Assembly (NCBI GenBank): GCA_038321865.1
Contig: JBBQFH010000004.1
Span: 69,522-133,521, forward strand
Source of the DNA: Gemmatimonadales bacterium
Lineage (GTDB): Bacteria; Gemmatimonadota; Gemmatimonadetes; Gemmatimonadales; GWC2-71-9
DNA: 64,000 nucleotides
Reading direction: 5' to 3'
The notes under the pieces are model-generated. The model worked only from the letters and a program-made list of their open reading frames with translations, made no database searches and was not told the DNA's origin. Numbering within the stretch: the first letter of the stretch is position 1; every line of letters begins with the position of its first letter. Position numbers and translations under genes: made by a program. Positions 1-10,400 of the stretch are shown here, piece by piece.

Positions 1-202
1 CCACCGTCGTGGTCTGGAGATCGGCGGAGATCAGGATGATGGTTTCCACCGTCCAGTCGCCGATGAGGGCGCTGGCCGAGGTCTGTCCGCCGATCGCCGG
101 TGGGGTGATCGTGCCGAGTGTGCCGCCGCTCGAGCTGGGGCCGGTCTGCTCCGGGGCGCAGCCGCTCAGGGCCAGCGCGACAGCCAGCCCCACGCCGCCC
201 AT
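1..202 (-). CDS. Putative lipoprotein, partial (runs off the left edge of the window)
   Basis: Minus-strand frame from ATG at 202 reads MGGVGLAVALALSGCAPEQTGPSSSGGTLG... with lipobox LSG-C and a Ser/Gly linker. Overlaps the DUF92 3' end. Not in the ORF track because it has no stop in the window. Confidence 0.55.
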   Translation of the reverse strand, partial: MGGVGLAVALALSGCAPEQTGPSSSGGTLGTITPPAIGGQTSASALIGDWTVETIILISADLQTTTV

Positions 203-945
203 CCGGCCAGCGCGGCGGCGCTGGTGGCGGCCGCGTTCACTCCATCGTTCGTCAGCCAGCGCCAGCCTCTTTCATGTCGCGTCAGGGTGCCGCATGCGTG
301 CCGGGGCGATTCGCACGGCGTGCCGCACATCGGGCAGCGGAACCGAGCCTGGAATCTCGCGCCAAGGACCGAATCGACCAGCATGCCGCCGACACCTATG
401 ATAGCGCCGACGGGCAGCAGGACGGTGTGACCGGTGAACGCCGCTGGAAGTGATATAAGTAGCGCGCCGACCGCGGCGCCCAGCGTTCCTGCCCAGGTGA
501 TGCCGCCGCTGGTGCCGGCGGGCACCGGAATCCCGGTGAGCACGTCGCGAGGGAGGCCAGGGCTGAACGCCCCGACCGAGGTGGCCCAGGTATCGGCACC
601 GGCCGCGGCCATGGCGGCGGTGGCGATCCAGAGGGCGAGCCGGGGATCGGCCGATGCGGCCAGCGCGCCGGCCGCGGCCGCACCTCCGTTGGCGTATACC
701 TGGCGGAGGTCTCTGCGGTTCCCGCGGTGGTCCTGAGGAGGGGCCCGAAGATCCGCCAGGCGGGAGATGGCGGTACTGGAGAGGAAGAAGACGAGGACGA
801 CCGCCCCACCGGGCCAGCCCGCGGCGACGAGGATCGCAGTGCCGACAGTGGCAGCGGCGGCGGCACCGTCACCCGTGAGTGCGTGGGCCCGCCAGCCGGC
901 GATCGCAACCGAGCCCGCCACCGCCGCCGCGAGCGCCGGCCCCAC
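166..945 (-). CDS. DUF92 / TMEM19-family membrane protein
   Basis: Hydrophobic protein with motifs RDLRQVYANGG, ADTWATSVG, GTSGGIT, DSVLGA and NDGVN. Confidence 0.85.
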   Translation of the reverse strand: MGPALAAAVAGSVAIAGWRAHALTGDGAAAAATVGTAILVAAGWPGGAVVLVFFLSSTAISRLADLRAPPQDHRGNRRDLRQVYANGGAAAAGALAASADPRLALWIATAAMAAAGADTWATSVGAFSPGLPRDVLTGIPVPAGTSGGITWAGTLGAAVGALLISLPAAFTGHTVLLPVGAIIGVGGMLVDSVLGARFQARFRCPMCGTPCESPRHACGTLTRHERGWRWLTNDGVNAAATSAAALAGWAAWGWLSRWP

Positions 946-947
946 GC

Positions 948-1226
948 TCAGCGGCCGGCGGCCTCACCGCGGAGCGCGTCGGCGATCCGCGCCCGGAGTG
1001 AATCGGGGCAGCGCACCCCGCCGGCCGGTGTCCGCACGAGATCGAGAAAGCGCTCGCCATACCGCAGCTCACCGAAGCAGTGGTGGCACCGCTCGAGGTG
1101 GGCCTTCACTTTCCGTTCGAGCTCGGGTGTCAGCTCCCGCTTCAAGTAGTCCTGCAGCTGCTGGATTGCCGCATCGCAGTCCAGCTCGTCCGCCGCACCG
1201 ACCTGCCCGTCGTGCTCGATATTCAC
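948..1226 (-). CDS. Zinc-binding anti-sigma factor (zf-HC2/ZAS, RsrA-like)
   Basis: C...HLERCHHC motif. The GTG start overlaps the repaired sigma stop codon (GTGA). Confidence 0.85.
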   Translation of the reverse strand: MNIEHDGQVGAADELDCDAAIQQLQDYLKRELTPELERKVKAHLERCHHCFGELRYGERFLDLVRTPAGGVRCPDSLRARIADALRGEAAGR

Positions 1227-1788
1227 GGAGTGCCTCGCGCCTTGATGTAACCCATTTCCACCGCATGCTCGTACAGCGCCTTCTGGAGCAGCCGCCGCGC
1301 GCGAAAGAGCCGCGACTTCACCGTGCCGATCGGCACTTCCAGCGACTGGCGACCTCGGCGTAACTGAGTCCTTCCATATCGCTCAGCACCAGGGCCTCGC
1401 GAAATTCAGGGGGCAGCGCGTCGACGGCGGCGAGCACCCGGGCGTCCACGATCTTGCTGAAGAAGGCGCCCTCGGGGTCCGCGTCGGGCCCCTCGCGCCG
1501 GGCCACGTAGGGCTCGACAAGATCGATGTCCACCGGAATCGGCTCCCGGCGCTGCTTGCGGTACTCGTTGATGAACGTGTTCCGCAAAATGGTAAGCAGC
1601 CAGGCGCGAGCGTTGGTTCCCGGGCGGAACTGGGCCCAGGCGCGGAATGCCTTCAGCATCGTGTCCTGCACCAGATCCTCGGCGCGGCTCTCGTCGCCCC
1701 CCAGTCTGAGCGCCACGCGGTAGAGCGTGTCGAGGTGGGGCAGCGCTTCGCGCTCGAATGAGGTCGGGTCCCGGGCGACGTCCGTCAT
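1223..1788 (-). pseudogene. ECF RNA polymerase sigma factor with a -1 nt frameshift in region 4 (pseudogene or sequencing error)
   Basis: Region 2 reads AEDLVQDT...RAWLLTILRNTFIN. After EGLSYAEVA the region-4 sequence [24 protein letters not shown] continues in another frame to TGA at 1223. Confidence 0.85.
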
Positions 1789-1908
1789 GGGGCGGAATGT
1801 CCGCGAGGCCGACAGCGCGCGCAAGTCGCCACTGGCTCGCGCGCGCGGCGCCCGCTATGTTCCGCGCCGTTCCGCCGAGGCCACCAACGCGTGTGAACGC
1901 CCAACGCC

Positions 1909-2529
1909 GTGACCGCCGTCGACATTCCCGCTTTCATTCCGCTGAGCCTGCTCGAAGCGATCCGCAATCTGGATACGCCGATCGAGGACGGGCTCGACGA
2001 ACTATCACCCGAGATCGTCACCAAGCGGCTCGGGCTCAGCTCGACCGTGGCGGCGCAGATCGAGCGGTATCGCGGCAGCACGGAACGCGATCTCTCGGTT
2101 TCCGCCGACGAGGCGGTCTCCGTCTTCCGGCTGGTCGGCCGGCGTCCCGACGCCGCGCTGGTGTTCGCGGATGCCGGGCGCCGGGCGGCCCGGTATGCCC
2201 TCAGGGGGGTGGCCACGCATACCCTGCTGAAGGTCGCGCCCAGTGGGGTGGGTCGCCGCCTGGTCAACCGCTCGGCCAGCCGCGTCGCCCGCGATGCGTT
2301 CGGCGCCGAGATGCGGCATCCGGCGGGCGGCGCCGAGGCGACCCTCGACGCACCGCTGTCCATTTCGGCCTGGCCGGCCGGCGAGGCGTGCGGGTTCTAC
2401 AGCGCGGCGTTCACCGAACTGCTGCGGACGCTGACCGGACTGGAGGGCACGGTACGCCACGCCTCCTGCCGCGGGCGGGGTGACGCCGACTGCATCTGGC
2501 GCGCGGTGCGCGCGGAGGTCTATCAATGA
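1909..2529 (+). CDS. V4R-domain (BchJ-like) hypothetical protein
   Basis: C-terminal CGFYSAAFTELLRTL...HASCRGRGDADC matches the V4R cysteine pattern. Confidence 0.6.
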   Translation: MTAVDIPAFIPLSLLEAIRNLDTPIEDGLDELSPEIVTKRLGLSSTVAAQIERYRGSTERDLSVSADEAVSVFRLVGRRPDAALVFADAGRRAARYALRGVATHTLLKVAPSGVGRRLVNRSASRVARDAFGAEMRHPAGGAEATLDAPLSISAWPAGEACGFYSAAFTELLRTLTGLEGTVRHASCRGRGDADCIWRAVRAEVYQ

Positions 2530-3701
2530 AGCCGCTCGAGGGAATGGACCGCGAGGCCCTGCGGCAGGGTCTGGACGCCGCCGGTGCCGACGCCTGGCTC
2601 CTCTTCGACTTTCACGGCCTCAACCCGGTCGCGGGACGGGTGCTCGGACTTGGCGGCATGGGGTCGCGCCGGATCTTCGTACTGCTCCCCCGGGACGGGG
2701 AGCCGGTGGCGGTCGCCCACAAGATCGAGCTGCAGCCGCTCGACGAGTTCCCGGGACGGGTCATTCCCTATGCGCGCTGGGAGGAGCTGCACGCGGCGCT
2801 GGGACCGCTCGTGGCCGGCCGGACACTGGCGATGGAGATCTCGCCGGACGACGCCGTGCCCTATCTCGATCGCGTCCCCTACGGGGTGGTGCAGCTGCTG
2901 ACCCGGCTGGGCGCGACGGTGGTGCCGTCCGCCGCGCTGGTCACCGGTTTCGCGGCGCGGTGGAGCGAGGCCGAACGGGCGGACCACGTGTGGGCGGCAG
3001 AAGCCGTGGCGGCGGTGGCGCGGGCGGCGCTTGAGACGGCGGTCACCGAAGGCGGCAGCGGCCTCACCGAGACCGCGCTGCAGCGCCGGGTGGTCGCCGC
3101 GCTGGAATCGCGCGGCCTGGTGCTGGATACGCCGCCGATCGTCGGTTTCGGCGCCAACGCGGCCAACCCGCATTACGAGCCGAAGGCCGGCCGGGACGCG
3201 GTGCTGGCTCCGGACCAGGTCGTGCTGCTGGATCTGTGGGCCGGCCGCTCGCGGCAGACGGTGTTCGCCGATCAGACCTGGATGGGGTTCAGCGGCGCCC
3301 ACCCGCCCAGCCGCGTGGCGGAGGTCTGGCGCGTGGTCCGGGACGCTCGGGACGCCGCCGTCTCCGCGATACGGAGCGCGGTGGAGGCCGGGCGGCCGAT
3401 CGCCGGCTACGAGGGCGATCGCGCAGCCCGCGCGGTGATCGAGGGGGCCGGGTATGGTGATTACTTCGTGCACCGGACGGGACACTCGATCGATCGCGAC
3501 CTGCACGGCTCCGGTCCCCATCTCGACGACTATGAAACGCACGACGATCGCCGGCTGGTGCCCGGCGTCGGCTTCTCGATCGAGCCCGGCGTGTACCTTC
3601 CCGGGGAGTTCGGCGTGCGGAGCGAGGTGAACATGTACTGGGGGCCGGCCGGCCCCGTCGTGACGCCGGCCGAGCCGCAGCGCGAGCTGATTCTGCCGTG
3701 A
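2526..3701 (+). CDS. M24-family metallopeptidase (Xaa-Pro aminopeptidase-like)
   Basis: Metal ligands in LLDLW, FADQT, HRTGHSI, SIEPGVY and RSEVN; ANPHY substrate motif. ATGA overlap with the upstream gene. Confidence 0.9.
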   Translation: MKPLEGMDREALRQGLDAAGADAWLLFDFHGLNPVAGRVLGLGGMGSRRIFVLLPRDGEPVAVAHKIELQPLDEFPGRVIPYARWEELHAALGPLVAGRTLAMEISPDDAVPYLDRVPYGVVQLLTRLGATVVPSAALVTGFAARWSEAERADHVWAAEAVAAVARAALETAVTEGGSGLTETALQRRVVAALESRGLVLDTPPIVGFGANAANPHYEPKAGRDAVLAPDQVVLLDLWAGRSRQTVFADQTWMGFSGAHPPSRVAEVWRVVRDARDAAVSAIRSAVEAGRPIAGYEGDRAARAVIEGAGYGDYFVHRTGHSIDRDLHGSGPHLDDYETHDDRRLVPGVGFSIEPGVYLPGEFGVRSEVNMYWGPAGPVVTPAEPQRELILP

Positions 3702-3886
3702 CCCCTTTGCAAACCGCCGAATCGGCTTTAGTATATCGGCTCCGGACTCTACTCACAGTCCATATTCTTGCCGTCACGCATTCATTCGATCATTGCCGGA
3801 CCCGCCGTGCGGCCGGATTGCGTTCCATCGGGCAACTTTCAAGGTTTCAGGGAGTTACAGCACGAGAGCGGATTCAAGTCGGTTCC

Positions 3887-3915
3887 TTGACACCGGTTTT
3901 TGCGCGCCACATATT
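3887..3915 (+). promoter_or_regulatory. Sigma70-type promoter for the TonB receptor/T9SS-like cassette
   Basis: TTGACA (3887-3892), 17-nt spacer, CATATT (3910-3915), within an AT-richer 410-bp intergenic region. Confidence 0.55.
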
Positions 3916-4112
3916 ACGCGCGTCAACCGGGCCGCGGTCGACTCCCGTGCTACTCGAGCGTTGCATCACCAGTTCGGTTTTTCCTTCATCATGCAACAGA
4001 GACTCCGCGCAGTCGCATCCCGTAGCAGGGTGTTGTAACCCCGGGGAGGCGTGTGCTCCCCCCGCTCCAAGCTGGCAGTACTGGTAGTTTCACGCCTTTG
4101 GAGGACGTTTCC

Positions 4113-7100
4113 ATGAAGCAAAGCTGTGTCAGCGCCTTCGCTCGCGTGGCGCGCTTTTGCGCGCTCGTGGCAGTCGCGCTGGGCCTCGGAGCGGGTTCGC
4201 TCCTCGCCCAAGCATCGACTGGTAAGATCGAGGGCAGGGTCCGCGACCAGAATGGCGCGCCCATCAACAACGCTCAAGTTTCGCTCAGCGGCACCGCGTT
4301 CAGCGCGCTTTCGAACGCACAGGGCTACTACTTCATGAACAACGTGCCGGCCGGCACGGTGACGGTCCATGCGGCCTTCATCGGGTACCGGGCGGTCAAC
4401 GTGACCGGCGTGAAGGTCCTGGGCGGTCAGACCATCACGACCGACGTCACGATGGAAGCGACGACGGTCGTCCTCGAGGCGATCAACGTCGTCTCCACCC
4501 AGCCGTTGGTTCCCCGCGACGAAGTCACGACCAAGCAGCGGGTGGACGGTGACTTCACCAGCAAGCTCCCGGTCGACCGGATCGCCAACGTCCTGGCGCT
4601 GCAGCCGGGCGTGGTCGCCAATTCGGCGGGTGGCGGCCTTTCGATCCGCGGTGGCCGTACCGACGAGAACGTGACCTACGTCGACGGCGTGCCGGTTCAG
4701 GCCGGAAACCGCGGCACGGCCGTGAGCGGTGGTAATGAGATCGGCATCGCTACGAACGCGTTCGAGGAAGCCTCGGTCACCACCGGCGCGAGCTCAGCCG
4801 AGTTCGGCAACGCGCAGTCGGGCGTCATCTCGATCTCGACCAGGGCCGGCAACTCCCAGCGCTGGGCCGGTAATTTGGGTTACGAGTCTGACGCCATGAT
4901 GCCGGCGTCGTCGAGCCTCGGCCTGACCCGGGTGCAGGCGTCCATCGGCGGCCCCCTGATGCGGGGACTGACGTTCTTCGTCTCCGGCGGACTCCAGGGG
5001 CAGAAGTCGCCCGCCTTCGGTGTCGGGGCCAACAAGTACCCGAACTTCGTTCCGGTGGGGATCGACACGACCGTCAAGGTGCCGTCCGCGCCGAACAGCC
5101 CAACCTCGGACACGACGCTGGTCGATGTGCTCAAGTACGCGGAGTTCCGCGGCAACTGCGATCAGTTTGCCAGCAGCGCGAACGCCGGCATCGCCAGCAA
5201 CTACGGCGTCAGCTGCCAGGGCAGTCGCACAGCATGGCAGCCGGCCTCCGACTACACGCTGCAGAGCAAGCTGCAGTACACGTATGGCACCGGTTCGCGC
5301 TTCTCGCTCAGCGCGCTGGGAAGCCAGGCCCAGAATCGCGGCGCCAACTTCCAGAATCCGATCAACACCTTCGGGACGCGGAGCTGGAACCGGGCGTACA
5401 TCATGAACTGGACGCAGAACCTGTCCAAGTCGGCTGAGCGCGCGCTTGCGCTCGACGTGTACGGGTCCCTGCAGCGCGACCGGTCGATGACCTCGCCGCT
5501 GACGCAGGCCAGCGAGCTCAGCACCCGTGATCCGTTCGGCGGGTTCCTGATCAAGCCGCTGAAGTTCCTGTTCGACTTCCAGTCGTTCCCGCTGGATTCG
5601 CAGCTCATCGCGAACTACCGGGACAATACGCCGGGCTCGCGGCGGTCGCCGTACGACCTCGAGAACACGACGCAATACCAGACCAACTCGCAGTACCGCA
5701 GCAACGCCTTCGGACTGACCGGCACGCAGGAGAGCGGCGGCCCGACCGGCGGGCTGAACATGAACCGGGAAAACCGGGCGATCGGCAAGGCCAATCTCGA
5801 CTGGCAGTTCGACCGCTACAACCGGCTCAAGATCGGCGGCGAATACACCAAGTATTCGATCGACAACTACAGTCACGGCCTGACCAGCCAGGCCTTCTCG
5901 TCGATCTTCAGCGAGAAGCCGGTCCGCTGGGACGGCTTCATGGAAGATCGTCTCGACCTCGGTGACGTGGTCGTCGTCGGCGGCCTCCGCTACGACTACT
6001 ACGACACCCGTGCGAGCCGCCCGTACTCGCTCGACACCGTCGCGGCGAGCCCGACGTTCAACACCTACCAGCCGTTCCCGCGCATCTCGAGCTATGCCGG
6101 GACGTTCAACGGACAGCCACTGGTGTCGTTCATCCGGGACCAGCACCACACCTACGTGAGCCCGCACATCCAGGTCTCGTTCCCGGTCACCGACCGGACG
6201 AACTTCCGGCTGTCGTACGCGCACCAGGTGCAGGCGCCTGACTTCGGCCTGCTGCTCGGCGGCATCAACACCGACCTGTCGATCACGAACACCAACAACA
6301 CGTATGGGACCGACATCGGGTTTGGCAAGACGATCACCTTCGAGTTCGGCATCCGGCACGCGTTCAGCGACGACATGGTGCTGGACGTCGCGGCGTACAA
6401 CAAGGACAAGCTGGCCGACGCCGCCGACCGCCTGATCTCGCTGCAGGATCCGACCCGCCACAACAGCCGCGTGGATATTCGCGAGCTGACGACGGCGGAC
6501 TTCGGCAACACCCGCGGCGTGGACGTCCGGCTCGATCGCCGCTTCGGCAACATCTTCAACGGCACCCTGGCCTACACCTACCAGCAGGCCAAGAACACGG
6601 GTTCCGATCCGTTCACCTACATCAACTTCGGCTCGCGCGTCATCAACCAGCTCTCCGGCGGCAATCAGGCGCCGCCGCAGGCGATCGCGCCGACGGCAAA
6701 CAGCCGTCCGCACAACCTCGCGGCGGCGGCCTCGCTCGCGTTCCCGCGCGACTGGAAGCAGGGCTCGATGCTCGGGTCACTGCTGCGCAACGTCGGCATC
6801 TTCGCGACGTTCCGCTACGCCAGCGGCACGGCGTACACCAGCTGCGAGACGCTGGGCAACGAGACGGTCATCTCGGGTGCCGTCTGCGCCAAGGGTCAGC
6901 TCATCAACGGCCTCAACGACGCGCGGCTGCCGAACTTCAAGCAGTTCGACCTGCGGGCGTCCAAGGGTCTCCGGCTCGGCGGGCTGGATCTCTCGGCCTA
7001 CGTTGACGCCCGGAACGTGCTCAATTTCCGCAACGTGCTCGCCGTCTTCGTCACCTCCGGTGACATCGTGAGCCCGCTGGAGCACACGACGCGGTTCGCC

Positions 7101-7415
7101 GGCGACAGCTCAGTGTACGCCCAGGAAGCGAAGGCGAACAGTATCTACAACGCAAATACCGGCGATATCAACCTCACGTTCGGCGGCGCCGGCAACTCCG
7201 GCTGCGCCAACTACGTGACGGCGGGTGGTGCGGGCGCGCAGCCGAGCTGCATTCAGCTCATCCGGGCGGAACAGCGCTTCGGGAACGGCGACGGCGTCTT
7301 CAGCCTCGCTGAGCAGCATAAGGCGTCGGACGCCAGCTACTACGGCGGCCGTGGCGACTTCGCCTTCCTCGGCGCCGGCCGTCGCGTTCGCCTCGGACTC
7401 GAGCTCAACTTCTAG
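4113..7415 (+). CDS. TonB-dependent receptor with N-terminal carboxypeptidase-regulatory-like domain
   Basis: GGAGGA RBS then ATG 4113; signal peptide; KIEGRVRD...GYYF domain; plug (LQPGVV, SIRGG, YVDGVP, SAEFGNAQSGVISI); C-terminal LGLELNF barrel signature. Confidence 0.9.
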   Translation: MKQSCVSAFARVARFCALVAVALGLGAGSLLAQASTGKIEGRVRDQNGAPINNAQVSLSGTAFSALSNAQGYYFMNNVPAGTVTVHAAFIGYRAVNVTGVKVLGGQTITTDVTMEATTVVLEAINVVSTQPLVPRDEVTTKQRVDGDFTSKLPVDRIANVLALQPGVVANSAGGGLSIRGGRTDENVTYVDGVPVQAGNRGTAVSGGNEIGIATNAFEEASVTTGASSAEFGNAQSGVISISTRAGNSQRWAGNLGYESDAMMPASSSLGLTRVQASIGGPLMRGLTFFVSGGLQGQKSPAFGVGANKYPNFVPVGIDTTVKVPSAPNSPTSDTTLVDVLKYAEFRGNCDQFASSANAGIASNYGVSCQGSRTAWQPASDYTLQSKLQYTYGTGSRFSLSALGSQAQNRGANFQNPINTFGTRSWNRAYIMNWTQNLSKSAERALALDVYGSLQRDRSMTSPLTQASELSTRDPFGGFLIKPLKFLFDFQSFPLDSQLIANYRDNTPGSRRSPYDLENTTQYQTNSQYRSNAFGLTGTQESGGPTGGLNMNRENRAIGKANLDWQFDRYNRLKIGGEYTKYSIDNYSHGLTSQAFSSIFSEKPVRWDGFMEDRLDLGDVVVVGGLRYDYYDTRASRPYSLDTVAASPTFNTYQPFPRISSYAGTFNGQPLVSFIRDQHHTYVSPHIQVSFPVTDRTNFRLSYAHQVQAPDFGLLLGGINTDLSITNTNNTYGTDIGFGKTITFEFGIRHAFSDDMVLDVAAYNKDKLADAADRLISLQDPTRHNSRVDIRELTTADFGNTRGVDVRLDRRFGNIFNGTLAYTYQQAKNTGSDPFTYINFGSRVINQLSGGNQAPPQAIAPTANSRPHNLAAAASLAFPRDWKQGSMLGSLLRNVGIFATFRYASGTAYTSCETLGNETVISGAVCAKGQLINGLNDARLPNFKQFDLRASKGLRLGGLDLSAYVDARNVLNFRNVLAVFVTSGDIVSPLEHTTRFAGDSSVYAQEAKANSIYNANTGDINLTFGGAGNSGCANYVTAGGAGAQPSCIQLIRAEQRFGNGDGVFSLAEQHKASDASYYGGRGDFAFLGAGRRVRLGLELNF

Positions 7416-7499
7416 TGTCACCGGTGCGCCTGCGGGTGCCGCGGCAGGATCGCGACACCCGTCGGGCTCGCCACCGTTATTCCATCTGGAGAGGACGCA

Positions 7500-10400
7500 A
7501 TGCACTCACTTTTTGGTAAGAGAGGCGTAATGCTGGCGGGCCTCCTTGCCGTGGCACTGGCGGCGATGACGCCGACGGCCGCCTCGGCAAAGCCCGAGCC
7601 GGGCGCGCGCGGGCGGGGTTTCCGCCTGTTCGCCCGCAGTCTCGGCGCCCTCACCGTCAACCGCGTCTATTGCGGCCTGGCGACGACGGGCGAGGTCTGC
7701 GTCGATTCGTCGAACTCGTCAACCATCGGCGGCGGGTATTGGCCCAAGGGCACCGCTGACCAGTACATCTTCAATTCCGGCCTGCAGCTGGCCGGCGTCA
7801 TCGGCGGCACCAAGCCGAGCAACCCGTGGGGCGGCGACACCACGGGCGCGTTCTTCTTCGACCCGAAGGGCACCACGCAGCACGGTCAGGAAGTGCAGCC
7901 GATCTACAACTCACAGAATCCGGACGACGTCGCCAACTGGCCCGCCGCGGCGTTCGTGCCGCAGGGCGATGCCACCGGCGCGCTGTTCGATCCCCTGCTG
8001 CAGGGGCGGGTCAATGCCTCGCAGGGCGACGTCTGGTTCCTGAGCTGGGAAGGCAACCCGACCCAGAACGCCGGCCGTCTGCACCCGCTCGGCGTCATGG
8101 TCGAGACTCGCGGCATGGGCTGGAACTTCCCGACTGGCAACCAGGACATCATCTACTTCGTCTACACCTTCTATAACATCACGTCGACGAGTGCGGCGGA
8201 CTACGCGGCCGCCCGTCCCGCGATCCAGCCGATCCTCCTGCAGCAGGCCCAGGCATTCCAGGCCCAGAACAACGCGGCTTTCGGGATCACGCTGCCGGCC
8301 GGCGGCTACACCATCAACAACCTGTTCGCGGCCTTTGCGCGTGACGACGATGTCGGCAACGCCGGCACCAACTTCTCGTCGGTGAATCTGCCGTTCGCGC
8401 TCGGGTATACCTACGACCAGGACTTCGGCCGGCCGGCCGGCTGGACCTTCGATCCGGCGATCTTCTCCTCGCCGTTCTTCGCGGGCGTCGGCTTTACCGC
8501 GGCCAAGTACCTCAAGAGCCCGTCCGGCCCCGGCCAGATTCAGCTCTTTTCGAACACCGTCAACGGTACGCCGTTCGCCGGCGCGCTGAACGACTCCCGC
8601 GACACCAAGCAGCTGTTCCGCTACCTCTCCGGCACGCTCTCGCCGGCGTCGGGCGACCAGCAGTGCAACGTGAGCGGCAGCCCGGCCATCACCCGTGTCT
8701 GCTTCGTCAACAACACGTCGGCGGCGGACATGCGGTTCTTCGAGTCATCCACGCCGCTGACGCTCGCTCCGGGTCAGTTCAGCTCGATCGTCGTGGCGTA
8801 CATCTTCGCGGCGCCGGTCATTACGGCCAGTGTCACGCCGAGCAGCTCGCTCCACCTGCAGCCGGGCAACCCGCTGGTGCTCGATCCGAAGACGCCGGCG
8901 GCCGCCACCGCGCTGGCCACCACCGGCGCCAACAAGGTCGACTCGCTGATGGGCTTCCGCGGCTGGACCGACATCAGCGGTGATTGCGCCACGGTCGTGG
9001 CGACGTCGCCGGTCGGCTGCGCCCAGCAGAACGAGTTCCGGGTGGTTCCGGGCTCGATGCTCGGCAAGGCCAACGTCGCTCAGGCGGTGTTCAACAACAA
9101 GTTCCTGCTCCCGTTCGCCCCCGACAGCCCGGACTTCTTCCTGGTGCCGGGCGACAACCAGGTCACCGTCCTCTGGCGCCCGTCGGCCAGCGAGGCCTCG
9201 GGCGATCCGTTCTTTGCCGTGGCCAAGCAGGCCACCGTGATCGACCCGGTGACCAGCACCGTGGTGGCGAACCCGCTCTACGACCCGAACTATCGCCAGT
9301 TCGACGTCGAGGGCTACCGCATCTATCGCGGGCGGGTGGACGCGCCGAATGCGCTGACGCTGATCGCCCAGTTTGACTATGCCGGCACCAGCATCAAGGA
9401 CTTCGCCGGGCAGATCAATCCGGTCATCAACTGCGCGCCGGAACTCAATATCTTCGGCCCGCCGGCGTCAGCATGTCCGTTCGACAATCCGTTCCCCACC
9501 CCGGGCACGCTCACGCAGACGCGCATCAAAAACGTCTCGATTCCGCTCACCGGCGGCATCGTACAGGTTGCCCTGGGCCAGCGTTCCGCGCTCGCCACGT
9601 CGCCGCAGACGGCGATCGTGCTCGCGGCGGATACGGCGGTTACGGGTGGCGGTGCCAACGGCCCCTGCGCTCCGAGCCTCTGCCCGGAGCTCCGCGACAA
9701 CGGCGTGCCGTTCGTCTACGTCGACAACACCGTGCGGAACAATTTCCGCTACTTCTATTCGGTGACGGCGTTCGACATCAACTCGTTCCAGTCAGGCCCG
9801 ACCAGCCTCGAGTCGCCGCGGCTCACCAAGTCGGTGACGCCGAGCGCGCTGGCGGCCAATTTCCAGAACACGGCCAGCACGTCGAACGCCATTTTCGGCC
9901 GTAACGTCGCGTTGACCGACAATGCGGTGCCGGCGCTTGATCCGACGACCGGCATCTTCAGCAAGCCGTTCCCGCCGGCCGACGGCTGGTCCCTTTCGCT
10001 CGCGGCCTTCGTGAAGGAGCTGATCGCAGCTCCGGGCGCGGTTGCCGTGCGGCTTGACAGCCTGCAGCTCGGCTCGGCCTACGACAACGCGGTCAACAAG
10101 TATTTCGTCACGATCAACCCGGGTGCATCGCAGAGCAACGCGGTTCTGTCGCTGCTTCAGGCGCAGACGACCGGGATTACGACGTCGAGCGTCGGATTCA
10201 CCGGCGTGAACGTGGATCAGTCACTCGCCGCCCGGTTCGGCGGCAGCAGCGCCTTCTCGATTCCGGCGTCGCTGACGGCGAAGATCGACGGCAACTACTA
10301 CACGAACTCGTTCGGCCGCGGCTGTATCAACAGCGCCACCGGGTTCGGGAGCAACACGGCAAAGTGCGACTATAACGGTGCCCGCTGGTTCATGGGCCCG

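Noticed and set aside
1340..1352. Programmed ribosomal frameshift in the sigma gene
   Set aside because: No slippery heptamer or homopolymer tract at the shift site.
3698..4087. 129-aa ORF in the intergenic region
   Set aside because: Atypical codon and amino-acid composition; region better explained as promoter and leader.
4794..6713. Long antisense/alternate-frame ORFs (also 17707-19485, 21434-23002, 27131-29797, 30763-33258, 34903-36459, 58822-60627)
   Set aside because: Shadow ORFs of well-supported genes in high-GC DNA; Arg/Ala/Gly/Val-rich with no motifs.
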